DNA from: Pseudogymnoascus verrucosus
Taxonomy: Eukaryota
Strand: one strand, 5' to 3'
Length of the DNA stretch: 56,194 nt
Assembly: GCA_001662655.1 (NCBI GenBank)
Contig: KV460237.1
Part shown: positions 9,736-23,498 of the stretch, in pieces
Layout: each line of letters starts with the position of its first letter
Numbering within the stretch: position 1 is the first letter of the stretch
The notes under the pieces: model-generated
Databases searched by the model: none
What the model saw: the letters and a program-made list of their open reading frames with translations, nothing else
What the model was told of the DNA's origin: nothing
Translations under genes and position numbers: made by a program

Positions 9736-10009
9736 GGCATGTTTAACTCCCTGGACTGGACATCATCGATGAACACACTTTTCCCAAAGATAAATCGTGG
9801 TCGTGGCCTGCTTCACCCGTGATCTCGACCGAAATTTGATGGTAGACGTTCCGGCCAGTGGCGACGATGACATGGCGGAGACTAACTAAAATATACCCAC
9901 CAACTATAATCCACATTAGAAAATACACTTATTTGAGGGGATATATACAACTAAATCTATCCTACAAAATTCCTACACGTAATTCGTACACATATTTATC
10001 TCCTCCTCG

Positions 10010-11999
10010 TCAACTCTCCTTCCTGCGTACTAAACTGCTCCCCTCCTCCTTCTCATCGTACGGCTTAGTGGGGCTCCTCCGGATTATAGTCTTCCTCTGC
10101 CCTGAAGGGGCAGGCTTGTACAGAACGCTCTTCCTCTCATTCGGATCCACCTCTGGCGCAAACTCGCTCCAGAAGCTCTTCTTCTTGCGCTCCTTCCCAG
10201 CGTCCTTCGCACCCAGCTCTGCGGTCTCCTCTCCAGCTTCCCCCTTCTGTCCACCCTGGCCCCCCTCTCCAGGGTATTTCTTCCCCCCCTCTGCCCACTC
10301 ATTATCCTCCACAATCTTAACAATGCGAATATTATGCTTCCCCCTCCTCAACACGAGCATCTCGTCGCCAACAAGGAACTTCTTCGTATCCGCAATGAGC
10401 CAGTTCTTGATCTGCGTGAACTTCAGCTCCGCCTCATCCATCGCTTGCTTCTTCTGACTCGACGGGCCGCTGATATACAAGCTCCCGTTAGAAACAAGTC
10501 TGTGCCCCTCGGACGCCGACTCCGCCAACCCCGCCGCGTACACGATCTTGCCGATTGACTTGGTAAGCACGGAGCGCGGGAGCGTGATGTTGATGCTGGG
10601 CGCATTGTTAAGGGTTATAGGGGTGGGACCCTTCTTCTCCGATTCCGCTGTGGTGTTATCCTTGGGTGTCTCCATCAGACTTGATAACGAGGGCTTCCCG
10701 AATAACAGGCGGTGATTCGCCTCCGCAGCCTTGGCCTCTGCAGGCCCGTGGATAAGCTCGACAAAGTTCCGCGCGAGCACATGCTGCGCCTTGCGTTCGT
10801 GTGGCGCCTGCTTGTGCTCCTCAACCAGCGCGTCGATCTCGGGTGAGGGAAGGAAGGTGAAGTAGCGGAGGTAGCGCGGCATGTCGGCGTCAGACTGGCG
10901 CATCCAGAAGCCGTACAGCTCGAAGGTGCTGGTGAGCTCCTTGTCGAGCCAGACGGCGTTTCCGGCAGACTTGCCGAATTTGTCGCCCGCGGCCGTGGTC
11001 AGGAGGGGAACAGTGAAGCCAAATGGTTGAGCGATGTCGGCATCTTTTCCTTGGCGCACATCGGGGTCAGGGTGGTTTGATGAGATGTATTTTACGGCGT
11101 TGAGGCCTGCAACGATGTTGCCGTACTGATCCGCACCGCCGATTTGCATTTGGATGTCTTTGGTGTTGTACATGTGCCACCAATCCCAGGCCTGAAGCAC
11201 TGGGTATGAGAACTCGGCATAGGACATGCCGTCACCCTTGCTGAGCTTGTTCTTAACAGTGTCTCTCGCAAGCATGGTGCCTAACCGCATGCCAGGGCCA
11301 ATGATCTGTAGAAGCTCAATGACCGTGAGCTTATTTGTCCAGGTGTTGTTGTTGACCAGTTCCCGATGCCATGCCCACTCCCAGTTGTAACCGAACTTGC
11401 GGCCGTACTCCTCCACGTTGACCCAGAGCTTCTTCAGCTGGTAGTGCATATTGACCATGTTTGCCGTGCGGACGGCGCTGTGCTCTTTCGTGCGAGTTGT
11501 GAGGCGACCTGTTGGGTCCCCAATCTTCGCCGTGGCGCCGCCGAGAAGGGACACGCTGTGGTATCCGTGGAGGTACATCCAGAAGAGGGACATGAGCGGG
11601 AGGAGATGGCCGACATGGAGGGAGGATGCAGTCGGGTCAATTCCTACGTATGCCCCAACGCGTTTATCTATCATCAGGTTGTCGATGGTGTCCCGGTTTC
11701 TATGACTCTAGTCAGCTTCGTGGCGGATGGAAAGATTTAAGGGGGGGAATTTACCCCGTGGTTTGATGGACCAGCCCTCGCTCTTCTAATATGCTCAGCA
11801 TAGACTTTTGATTCCCCGCTCGAATCTCCTTTGCCTTTTCCGCCCAGGCCTTTTCCGCATCGGCAACCTTCGCAAGGTACTTCATACCAATATATCGCCG
11901 ACCCGTCGCGCCATGCGGTCTCGTCGACCGAGCAGCCGTCCTGGCGCATTGGCAGAGTCTGTGCTGGGACGCACTTCGAAGAAGGGAAGAGGAGGCCAT
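10010..11999 (-). CDS. cyt-18: Mitochondrial tyrosyl-tRNA synthetase (CYT-18 type); 2 exons (11999-11755, 11699-10010)
   Basis: AYVGIDPTASSLHVGH (HIGH motif), QIGGADQYGNI, KFGKSAGNAVWLD (KMSKS motif) and an S4-like C-terminal domain. Arg-rich presequence. The GTAAAT...CTGAC...TAG intron 11754-11700 joins the two ORFs in frame. Confidence 0.95.
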
Positions 12000-12684
12000 G
12001 ATGGCTGGTAATGAGCGTGTAGAGGCCAGTCCTACGACGCAACTGGCATATTAACTGTATTGAGGCTTTCACAAGACAACGACGGAGGTCTGTAAGGCTG
12101 AGGGACGAGGCTGTTGAAAATTAGCTATATTAGTACGGGACAGGACAGGAACCAAGTGCGTATTAAACTTGAGATCACGTGATGGTGGATGGGTTTTGGA
12201 GAACAGTGGAGAACAAGTACTCGCGATAACAGGGGTACATTAGTGCCCCGCACCCTTCGTAGGTGGATATCAAGTACCCCTCAGAACGCTGGTACTTCCT
12301 TACTTCTCGACGCTCATTGATATCATTGACTGGCTTAAATATCATTTTTTATGTCTACAGCTGGGCAAGTGTAAAGTAACTATTATCATACTCGAAAATA
12401 GGGGTATAGTTATAATTCGAGGTTTCCACAATTCGATAATTCACTGTCAACCCCCACATGCCCTCCGTAATTCTTGGACCCTAGCCTCAAACGGGAATAT
12501 ATGGCTCCGTATGGTGCATCTACTTACCAGGCTCAGAAGACGGAACATCTCACGCCGCAAATCCATATCGGCGGCATGAAGCTGTCTTAACAGGTACATA
12601 TTTGCTCCTTTGTCTTTTCTATGTCCTCTCCCTCCCAAATCATTCATTTCTAATCCAATATAATTATATTTACTGAGCGGAATC

Positions 12685-15501
12685 ATGGAGGTATTCCAGG
12701 CACAGTACATCCCCGATCAGGAGGATCCGAAGCCGGAACATCTGTTCGCTGGTATGGCCACCAAGGCGTTGATTTCGTCTTGGCCGCCTGTGGGTCAGGT
12801 GACGGAGACTTCGAATGGGAAAATCTCCTTCACTGTTCTTCTGGAAACTGATGAAGGAGGTGTTTCTGCAGCTTGGGAGGTTGCGGTTTGGTACTCATCA
12901 GGCGACTCGTGGAAGGAGACCCCTCTGACAAGGAAAGGCGCTCTGGACAAACTAAAATCAGTAGAGGGCCGCTTTCATTCATACTTCACCGGATCACTAG
13001 ACACTACATCCACCGTTACCTTCACAATTAAGTTTAAAAAGGCTGGAGAAGAGACATGGAGGTGGGTTAAGGAGCATCAGGGCATCGGTGACGGCGTTGT
13101 GGTGTGGAAAGGCCAAGCTTCACCAACTGCAGCCGTGGAAGATTTTGCAGAGCTCATTGAGGACTTGAACTCCGAGTTCAAGGTCCAGAAGGTAAGAAGC
13201 CAATCTCCAGGCACCGAGTTGTGGAGCGTGGAGGCCCCAGTCGCTTCAGCCGAAGGAGAGAAATCGACTTTCACGAGCACTAAGATAGGGAAACCATGGT
13301 CAGGGGACTTTGTGCGGTGGTTTGCCCTTATAAGAACTTGGACTGCATGGTTGGCTCCACGACAAGGTTCCAGTTTTGAGCTTGACAAGGAGGCCATAGT
13401 CTGTTCCTTCCTAGAGCGGAGAGGTGGAAGACATTTGGTATTTTTGGCTGTCAGCGGGATAGATGATGTATCCGCTCTTTTCAGGAGCGACGCCGCAGGA
13501 AATATAACACTGGAGGCACGAAACGATGGCCCCAAAGCAGGCATTGCTCGGATTATCGTGGCTCTCGGGAACGACTTTGAATCCGCCAATGCTGCAGCAA
13601 TGTACCATGCTCGAGACCTCGTCCAAGATCTGTCCCTGGCTACAAGTGAGGAAAAACAGGAGTTAATGGCTCTAAAAGACGACGTCAAGCCGCAGTGGAT
13701 GGAGAACTGGTTTGATGGGTTGACATACTGCACATGGAACGGCCTTGGCCAGAACCTCACCGAAGAGAAGATATATAACGCCGTTGATACCCTGGCAGCC
13801 AACAATATAAATATTTCCAACCTTATCATAGATGATAACTGGCAGTCTGTCGAGACCCCGGCCGGATCAGAAAACCAGTTCCAACAGACCTGGCTGGAAT
13901 TCGAGGCGAACACCACCGGTTTCCCAAAGGGGCTCAAACACACCATCACGAATATCCGCTCGAAGCATCCTAACATACAGCACATCGCGGTTTGGCATTC
14001 CCTGGTCGGCTACTGGGGTGGAATCTCTCCTAACGGGAAGATTGCACAAAACTACAAAACAGTTGAAGTTGAGCGTGAAGATTCTCTTCCCGCGAACCTC
14101 CCTATGGACGGGAAAATGACTCTCGTCGCTCCGTCCGATGTCGGGAAATTCTACAATGACTTCTACACCTTTCTGACCGGCTGCGGCATCGATGCCGTCA
14201 AGACAGACTCCCAGTATCTGCTTGACACTATCACTTCAGCTTCCGCCCGCGCAAGCCTAACTCACGCTTACCTCGATGCCTGGTCGATAGCTGGCCTGCG
14301 ACACTTCAGTGTGAAAGCCATCTCGTGCATGTCGCAAACGCCCAACATAATCTTCCACTCGCAGCTCCCATCCAACCGGCCTCCCATCCTCGTGCGCAAT
14401 AGCGATGACTTCTTCCCCGAGATCGAGAGCAGCCACGCCTGGCACGTTTTCACCAACGCCTCCAACGCTCTCCTCACTCAACACCTCAACGTCGTTCCCG
14501 ACTTCGACATGTTCATGACCGTCCACGAGTACTCTGCCTTCCACGCAGCTGCACGCTGCGTCTCTGGCGGACCCGTGTACATCACCGACGTCCCAGGAGA
14601 GCACAATATGCCCCTCATCAACCAGATGACCGGCCCCACGCCCGCCGGAAAATCCGTCATCTTCCGCCCCTCAACCTTCGGCAAGACCCGAGACCCCTAT
14701 CAAGGCTACCAAGACCCGGTCTTACTCAAGATCTCCACCTACCACGGCGCCGCTGTCACGGGAACCGGCATGCTTGGCCTCTTCAACACCACCTCACGCC
14801 CGGTCAGCGAGCTCCTCCATATCTCCCTCTTCCCTGGTGTCGTTGAGGCCCAGCTCTACGTCGTCCGCTCGCACGTATCGGGACTCGTCACGCCGCCGTT
14901 GCAAGTCGTCGACTACCGCCCCGAGAGCCTCATATACGCATCCCTTGATGTCCGTGGCTACGATATCCTCTCGGCCTTCCCGTTGCGCGGGTTTGTGCGA
15001 CCGTCGAGCAAGGAGAACGACACGCTTTGGGTGGCGAGTCTGGGGCTGTTAGGGAAGATGAGCGGAGCTGCTGCGGTGGTGTCGTCTGAGATGACGCTCC
15101 TAGAAACTGGGAGAATTGAGATTGTCTCGTCGCTGAAGGCGCTGGGGGTGTGGGGTACGTATATTTCTTATTTTACCTCCTTAGATGCATGCTGCACTTT
15201 TAGAAAATCTGCACCATTCTGCATTACCCCTTCTTACCAGCCCACCACCCCATGAAGCAAGCAGTTCCCAAACTAATACCTACTAGGAGTATACCTTTCC
15301 AACCTCCCCTCTCTCCAACCCTCTCTCGAATCAACCATCCTCGTCACCATCCTCGGCCAGGTAATCCCATTCGCCGCCGTCAGCATTAGCGCGCACAGCC
15401 CGAACGTCCTCGAGATCGATATCCAGCGCGCCTGGACCGAGCTCGGCCTTAAGGCAGGATACAGCAATGAGGTGCAGGCTAAGCTCTCGATCTTACCGTG
15501 A
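12685..15501 (+). CDS. GH36 raffinose-synthase/seed-imbibition (Sip1)-like alkaline alpha-galactosidase; exons 12685 (or 12754)-15154 and 15287-15501
   Basis: LTYCTWNGLGQ, LIIDDNWQS, AVWHSLVGYWGGI, AVKTDSQ, VRNSDDFFP, PDFDMF, HAAARCVSGGPVYITD. Intron GTACGT...CTAAT...TAG (15155-15286) adds a last exon GVYLSNLP...LEIDIQRAW...GYSNEV...*. Confidence 0.93.
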
Positions 15502-16328
15502 GGGTGTCGGGTATAGGAGCCGCAATTGAATAGGGGTTGTAGAGTAGTAAAAGTGGTAGGTTATAGGTCGATGGAGATTAAATAGAAAGTCAGACTAGAT
15601 GACAGAATTTATGGCACCGTCTATCACAAACCTAATGGCCTCCAATTATCATATCGTTATCGGCAACTATACGCCTCACAACATCATCAACCTTGTAGTT
15701 CATCCGCACGGCAACTAAAACTGCAGTTTAAATCGCAATTGACAACGATATTCATAACTACTTATCTACTTGTTTAACACCTCTTGCTCGCACAATTTAA
15801 AATGTCGCCCTTCGCATCTTGCATCATTTCATATCATCTCTACTCTTTCGTTCCTTGGTCACACAGTTTGAATGTGGTTCCTCAATGCAATGGACATTCT
15901 TAAAAATAGCCCTGGAATATGAACGGCGCTTGAGAGATACGTGGCAACTAGCATATAGACATTCCGATTCTGCATAATTAGTAAGATGCGTATCAATATC
16001 CATAAATTCATATTTCGCAGATATAGGTCTTATGATGGATAATACTGGCTGAGCACTTTAGCATTAGCTAGGTGACCAGTTGACCTGCCTCCGCTGATCT
16101 TTCGATTTCCTTGCGTTTAATTTTCCTCTCTAGGTATTTTGCGGCCGGAATGGACAGTAATCTGCGATTCCGAGTCGGACAACCAGAAGGAAGATGGCGG
16201 CTCAATACACATTTGGTGGGGATGCGGCAAAGAATATTAAACATAGATACTCCTCCCACAACTGCCCTATTTCTGTTCTTGTTTGCTACTGATGCTCCGG
16301 TTTAAAGCGTTATACTCGACCTAAACCT

Positions 16329-16967
16329 CTATGGCCCACGCCTCTGAGGTTCGGGACCAAAATAATACGTAACGTAAGAAACTATAAACCCTGCAAATAG
16401 AAAAAAACATATTGAACCAAAAGCTAACACCCCATCCATTTTCTCCCTCCTATACTCTATCAATGTCTGAAAGAGAGAAAGAATGCTCAAAACGAACAAT
16501 CCATACACAATTGACACTTTACCACACATATATTAGTTACTTCCAAAAAGTTCTCAAGTATATTAGAGCGCAAACGACGTGTAGAGGAGTAAACAAATAA
16601 TAAAACAAAAACAGCGCATGGCTCTGAACTTACAGCCAGGCGTTGCCCCGAAGATATCCTTCTGAGGTTTCTCTAGAATCCCTCTGTTGCCCAAGTTACC
16701 GCTAGGGCCAGTCCGTGACGTTCTCAGCTCCTTCCTTGCATAACCATAGAGCAAGGTCCCAGCTTCAGCACCGAATATCGAGCGAAAAGTAGCAACATCA
16801 TAGTATGTGAGTTCCGAGCCGCGACCATACTCCCATTTCGCCGCTATCTCGTATGCCTGTTCCAGTGAGACGTCGTGGAAATTAAAGAGAACCCCGGCAA
16901 AATAGTCGCGGACCTCTAAAGGGGTTGCGTTATGGGATGGCGGAGATGGTGTCTGTGAGGAGGACAT
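16329..16967 (-). CDS. Hypothetical protein with two C-terminal transmembrane segments; exons 16967-16634 and 16516-16329
   Basis: The protein-like 5' ORF ends at a GTAAGT donor (16633). An ACTAAT branch and AAG acceptor (16517) join it in the correct phase to a hydrophobic exon (SIVYGLFVLSILSLF...LAFGSICFFLFAGFIVSYVTYYF). Confidence 0.65.
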
Positions 16968-18208
16968 CTTGGACAGCTCTGGGGAGGATTGATATTTGTT
17001 CGCACTTGGGGGGGGGGGGCGGGGTTTGGATAATTGAAGATTTGGGGGTATGACGAAAACCCCATTATATACTCCGAATGGAAGAGGGGTTTAAGGTGGT
17101 TATAGGGCCGAGCGCTTCAGTTTACAAGGATGGATCCGGGTATATTGTGCGGCGCAGGGTGGTTGGTGCCTAGCATGCGCCTCGAAGCTTGTCCGTAACA
17201 AGCCTTTTGGTCCCTCAGCGACAACACACAGTCAGGAGTTCCCGTTCATCGAATCTGTACAGAATCTGCTTTCCACCTTACGAGACAAATCATTGGTACT
17301 TTGAATTCAATTGAATCTAAATTTGTAAATGCATTGAAAATTCCAGTATTTTTTGTTTCGGGCATGCTCTGTGACCACTCAACAGTCCAAACCCCGGCTA
17401 CTCTGAATTTTACGATCACGTCGTCGCTGTCGTGCTTGATTGCGCAGGGTGTCAATCCAAAGTGTAATAGAACCCCTCGACCTACAGTACCACCAGAGAT
17501 GTTTGTGCCTTTCAAGCCCTATAACACCTTGATCTTGGTTTCTAAACCTCACAACAGTGCCGAAAATTAAAATTTCAGCCTTGTTGTGTGACCAGGGGGC
17601 ATTGTGTCATTCGACGTCTTTTATGCGACATACATTAATCCCCCCGCCCCGACTAAACTAGCTAGCCCAGTGATGATGTTATATGAGTGACCTACCTCAC
17701 TTACCATCCTTATAGTCTCTAGAAAAATGTATGTTAGATTTAAGTAGAGAAATGAGAAATGGCCCGTAAACTTAGCATTCCTCAGCACAGATATGGTTGC
17801 AAGAAGCAAATTTCTGTGCCCGAGTGATCCCTGACTTCTCAAGTAGCATAACCTCATTCCCGGCGCTAACTCATGTTACCCCTCTACCTCACAGCTGCCA
17901 AAAGAAGTCTTGATTTACACATAGGATATGAGGCTGACTGCGATCATCGCCGCTGTGCCGAAATAGAGAGAGCACAGCAGCAAGGCTGTAAGGCTATGTT
18001 TTATATTTAGCTACATCCACAGTATATAATCTGCGAGTAACTCCCCCTTCTTGAAAGAAATATATATGGACTAGTCTCACTGATGCGCTTTGAAGTTCAT
18101 ATTGCTTCAGGAGCAAAGGCGTGAGAATTGACAGGCAAGATGCAGGGTGATCGCTTTTCTTTGATAACTCGACTGCAAGATGGGCAGCGAGGAAAGAGTT
18201 GTGGGACG

Positions 18209-19500
18209 ATGGATGCCAGCTCAGACGCCGATACGCCTGGCCCCAAGCGGCATTCAGTAGACGACGGCTCCTCCCACCAAAGCGCCGCTAGCATCGGAAA
18301 ACCCACCCCGGCCCCCCTTCCATCCCCCTCCACCACTCCATCTATATCGTCATCCCAACCCTGCTCTACGGTCGCCGCAGCCCTCTACACCTGGGTAATC
18401 ATCTGCATCTTGACTCTCCGCCCCATCGGCGGTATCAGCCGCCGATGACTTCGATGAGCTGGACTACATCCTGCACCAGCCGGGCATCACTATACTGTCC
18501 CTGAGTATCTTGACGCCTTCATCGCCCGGAGCCAGCGCTATCTCAGAGTGGCAAGGATTTTCTAGTCGCTGATGTCAGTGCTTACAATCCCCTTGACTTC
18601 GGCGGTGTGATCGCAGGCTGTCGTGGTGTATATCTAGCGGCGGCGACGTGGCAGCAGACTGACGCTCAGGCAAAACATGGCGTTGGCGGACCGAGGGTGG
18701 ACAGATCTGGGGATTCTAGGGGATTCGCTGTTAAGGGAGGGTTGGAATAGATATAGGTCGTTGCTGCTTCTGTTTGCGCTGGCTCTGCATTTCCTGGGTG
18801 CTGCTGTGTCCCCGGTACAGCAACTAATTCTTTCGTCCCAGATGATTAAGCGGCCCACGTTCCCTGTCCCTTTCACTCACATCACGGACTCCAGTGGCCT
18901 TCCCCTCCAGTGGAGAAACCGACGGCGAAGACGGCTTCGATCCTGTGATACTGCGAGCCATCCTGACATCAACGGTTGATGCGGCGGTTCAGCCGCGACT
19001 CTAGTCCTTGAGCGTTGACTTGGTATCCATTGACGATATTGCTGGCGCCACAGGTGTATATCCATCAGTCGAGACGAAATCCGAAAACACCCTCATTGAT
19101 ATGAGCAGCATAACCGACCCATTTTGGGCCGAGCTCCCCTCCGGTATCAACACGTGGTTTACTGGAACAGTTTGCTCCGCGCGTTAACTTGACGGCGACG
19201 TGAGAGGAAAACTCAGTTGAGGCGCTTGATGAGATGCCAGGGTGGGCTGGGGACAGGGCAGGGGTAGAGGTAGAGAAGTTATGTTTACGGGGAGAGATGG
19301 CGCTGAGGGAGAGAGGAGGTATGGGTGCTATGATACTGAGGTTGTGGTGTAGGCGACGGGGTTAGTCAGACCAGGGAGTATGCTTTGGCGACGAGTGGGG
19401 GGGAGTCATGCTCCTGACGACGAGTTTGAAGGTTGATGGGAGGGAGACTCTACACCCTAACCCTGTTCGGTGTTAAAGTCACTGCGAGCTACGAACTTAC
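18209..19500 (+). pseudogene. Decayed gene for an uncharacterised fungal multi-pass membrane protein
   Basis: One frame reads AAALYTWVIICILTLRPI...RYLRVARIF*SLMSVLTIPLTSAV*SQAVVVYI*RRRRGSRLTLRQNMALADRGWTDL...LALHFLGAAVSPVQQLILS, with in-frame stops at 18446, 18563, 18608 and 18635. Frameshifted fragments follow (VQPRL*, DPFWAELPSGINT, EQFAPRVN). The family assignment is from memory of similar fungal proteins; the 3' boundary is approximate. Confidence 0.7.
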
Positions 19501-22087
19501 CTTGGCTGTGGCCTAGCATATAACCCGAGTTCGATGCTTGTGGTACTCAGGGAATGTCTCTGTTTTTAAGACTGCAGAACACCTCATCAAGTGGTGTAAG
19601 AGAGTGCCACCTTCGTGGCGCGAGGAAATAGAAGCAGAATTCTTGGGACTCCATAGCAGGAACTCGGGAGTTTAACCACTGCTCATCTGGTCATCAGGGG
19701 TGGACCATACTTGACGGCTAAGACCCCCGGCTGAGTAGTTCGGTCGCCAAGTGTATGCCAGTCGCCATCAGCATTAAAACAAACGCAGCTGCCTAAGCAT
19801 ACATCTTTTATGGTGGCCTTTTTTATATAAAGAGCCCACTCGTAAAGCCGTCGTCACCTGCCCCATAGAATCTGTTAGTATAAAGGAGTGACTAATTTTT
19901 ATAAGACCAGATTCAAACTGATGAACTCTAATTATCAAACTTCCGGTAGCTATCATCATATGGTAGGGAGTTGTTTTCCCGTTCTATATCTACTACTGAC
20001 CATAACAAACATCGTTGTCGGCCTAATACACATAGTCGCTGTACCACACCCTAGAATAGCTATCTGCCGAGAGTATAATCCTCTCCCAGACAGACGGTTG
20101 ACGAGACTCGCGGTGTAGTGGCCCCAGCGCTCAACACAATCCGACGTGTGATTGGCCCGCCCGCTCAATGGTAGTTAATTTGCGCGACAGGAATCTGATA
20201 GGTGCGAGATTTGAGTCGTGCTACCATACGGAAAAATGAGATTATCCTTGAGTACCAATGGCGACCCGGCTGAAAAGGCCCAAATCAGACTAAATACATA
20301 CATCTGCATCGTTCAATATTCCCGAGTTAATTAGGCCCAGAAGTACCGGATAGTTAGTAGATAGATGGCAAGCTCCGGGCGCCCAGCTTTGTACAATCTA
20401 ACTAGGCCACCCCACATAATAAGCGTTTGCGGGGTCCCCGCAGATTCAAGCTATTACTAGCGTCCGTCTCGTGCCACGTTATCCCCACTAAACATATTAC
20501 CAGGAAGCGGGGGTTGCTCTAGAGTGAAGGCTACCCTCTCAGGCGACCAGGTAAATGTATATCGAAGCATTAGATACGGAAGAGCTACCGACACTAACCC
20601 CCCTCTCCCGGTCGCCCCCGCCGGCCTTCTCAAAGCGCTTCATTTATATAGTGGGAATATATTGCTACTATATATTAGCAACGACCATCGAGGCAGCTGA
20701 CGAGACACGAACTCGTCTTCTCAACTCCCGAACTCCTTTCTCCGCATATAAAGGTCTAGACCGGCTGGTGTCATGCCTGCCATTGATGTTTACACATGTG
20801 GTAGCAACTTAGTCGTATTTGTCGAGCGTCTACTTCCATTACCTTATTTCCGAGTATGTGATATTGTGCAGACACATACAACATGCAGTACGAAGTGCCG
20901 AGATTCATGGTCCGCTAGTGTAGCTCTTGCGATGTACTCTTGTGAAACAGTACCACCACAACGCCAGAGTCGTCAATACCTCACCCCATGGCGAGGGTGG
21001 CTTGACCCATTTACCCCAAGTTTGGCAAATTGATAGTGTGAATGTCAAGCCTTAATCATCAGCAAATAGCAGGGCGTTGTGTCTAACGTCGAGCGACAAA
21101 ATACATACTTAGAAACTCTGTAGACCTAGAACCAAGACACGTGAGAAATTTACCGTCGTCATGTATCTCTATGACGGATTAGACAGGAAATTTAGCAAAT
21201 TCGAAGCAAGACATGCGGAAGAACCTCTCCGTGACATGCAGTCCTCGGGATTTCCTCCCGTCTCTACGTTCGTTCAATTTCAGGGTCTGTTTGAGTGGGA
21301 TTGGGCTGTCTAAGTTACATATGGGCTGAAATTATGCTTGCCTGACAGGATGCATCCGCGAATCATGGAGCCTTGCCCATAAGTAGGAGCATAAAGGGGC
21401 CTAATAGACTGTTTCAACACAGCAAGACTCTTGAGACTTCCCTACAAGCCTCGTTACAAAGTTTATCATGCTGTTCTAGCTCTTTGAATCCTAAGAAGCA
21501 CGGTCAGCCCATAATTCCTCCATTGTCTCAGTCACAGTGAAGTTACCTAAACATCCTGTTATCCGGTAATCAGAGCCTGTGTTCCGTGCAGATCGGGCCA
21601 TTTAGAAATGGCAGAGGGGTTCTTCCACAATTTAGAGATCTCCCCTGCCTGGTAGAGAATAGTCAGATGGAGACTGTCAGTCACCTGCTCCTCTCTAATA
21701 TGGCATACACAAATAGCCGTGGATAAGAGTTGATGGTCTTGTCACTATTACTTACAAGACATACAACCAGCTGTGCTAATAAGCCGTCTTTGATACTACA
21801 AAGCGTATTTCTCATTATTATGCGCCCTACTTTAATTCCAGCGTCCAAAGCCATAACGGGCCTCGAATATAGCATTTTATCGATCCGTCGCCTCCGTCGA
21901 GCCGATAGCTTTATTAAACTTATCCGGGGCGGAAACCAAGAGCCGTTTCCAAATGACACTTTTTGGAACGCTCTTTCGTAGATCCTCTTGTTCCTAAAGC
22001 AATAGCATCATGTATAAAATGCCCCTCCTCCCGTAGGCAAACCTTTCGTCTAAGATAAGAAACTTAAACGTCTCAAACTTATCATTC

Positions 22088-23498
22088 ATGATGCATTCCA
22101 AAGCTATTCTCCTCTCTCTTATTGCCACTGCAAGTGCGCAGCAAGTTGGCACCCAGCAGACTGAAACACACCCTTCTATGACATGGTCGAAATGCACTGG
22201 CACCGGAGGAACTAGCTGTGCATCCCAGTCAGGAAAGGTTGTACTCGATTCTAATTGGAGATGGGTTCACAAAGTCGGTGACTACACCAACTGCTACACT
22301 GGCAACACGTGGGATGCTACTCTTTGCCCAGACGATGCAACTTGCGCGAAGAACTGTGCCCTTGAGGGCGGCGACTACCCAGGCACTTATGGCATCAACG
22401 TGAGCGGCAACTCAAACAAGTTGACATTCGTTACGCCAGGCCCATATGCTACCAACATTGGCTCGCGAACGTACCTGATGGCGGATGACTCCAACTATCA
22501 AATGTTCAACCTCCTTAATCAGGAGTTTACCTTTGATGTGGATCTTTCCCAGCTCCCTTGTGGCCTAAACGGTGCCCTCTACTTTGTTTCTATGGATAAG
22601 GACGGAGGAATGAGCAAGTATCCCAACAACAAGGCCGGTGCTAAGTACGGAACTGGGTACTGCGATGCTCAATGCCCACGCGATCTCAAGTTCATCAATG
22701 GACAGGTAAGTACCGATTCACAACCTGTGATCAAACACCAACTTATCTATGTTTTAGGGCAACGTCGAAGGGTGGAAGCCATCCTCTAATGACGCAAACG
22801 CTGGTGTTGGAGGGCACGGCTCTTGCTGCGCAGAGATGGATATCTGGGAGGCCAACTCCATGGCTACGGCGTACACGCCGCATTCTTGCGATACTATCAC
22901 CCAAACAATGTGTCAAGGTGACGCCTGTGGTGGTACCTACTCATCCAACCGTTATGCTGGGACTTGCGATCCTGACGGATGCGACTTCAATTCATACCGC
23001 CAAGGCGATACATCATTCTACGGCAAGGGCAAGACTGTTGACACCAGCAAGGTGTTCACAGTGGTGACTCAATTTATTGGGAACCCGCTCACAGAGATCA
23101 AGCGGTTCTACGTCCAAGGTGGAAAGGTCATTCCGAACTCCCAATCTAAAATTGCGGGTGTTACCGGCAACTCTATCACTACTGCGTTCTGCGACGCGCA
23201 AAAGGCAGCCTTCGGTGATAACTACAGCTTCAAGACTCACGGCGGAATGGCTTCTATGAGCAAGGCTCTTAGCGGAGGAATGGTGCTCGTTATGTCACTC
23301 TGGGACGACCACTATGCCAATATGCTCTGGCTTGACTCCACCTATCCTACCGACTCGACCAAGCTGGGCTCTGTCCGTGGTTCTTGTGCAACTTCTTCAG
23401 GTGTCCCTAAAGATGTTGAGTCCGCTTCACCAGGCGCGTCTGTCACCTACTCCAACATCAAGGTCGGCCCAATCGGCTCCACCTTCAAGGCACCATAA
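22088..23498 (+). CDS. cbh1: GH7 cellobiohydrolase I without linker/CBM1; exons 22088-22705 and 22758-23498
   Basis: Signal peptide then [12 protein letters not shown]. Motifs [40 protein letters not shown], catalytic [26 protein letters not shown] and MLWLDSTYP. The protein ends at [23 protein letters not shown] at ~22013. Confidence 0.97.

Noticed and set aside
17246..17857. Short ORFs at 17.2-17.9 kb
   Set aside because: Most lack an ATG start, and none shows a motif or splice structure I could support.
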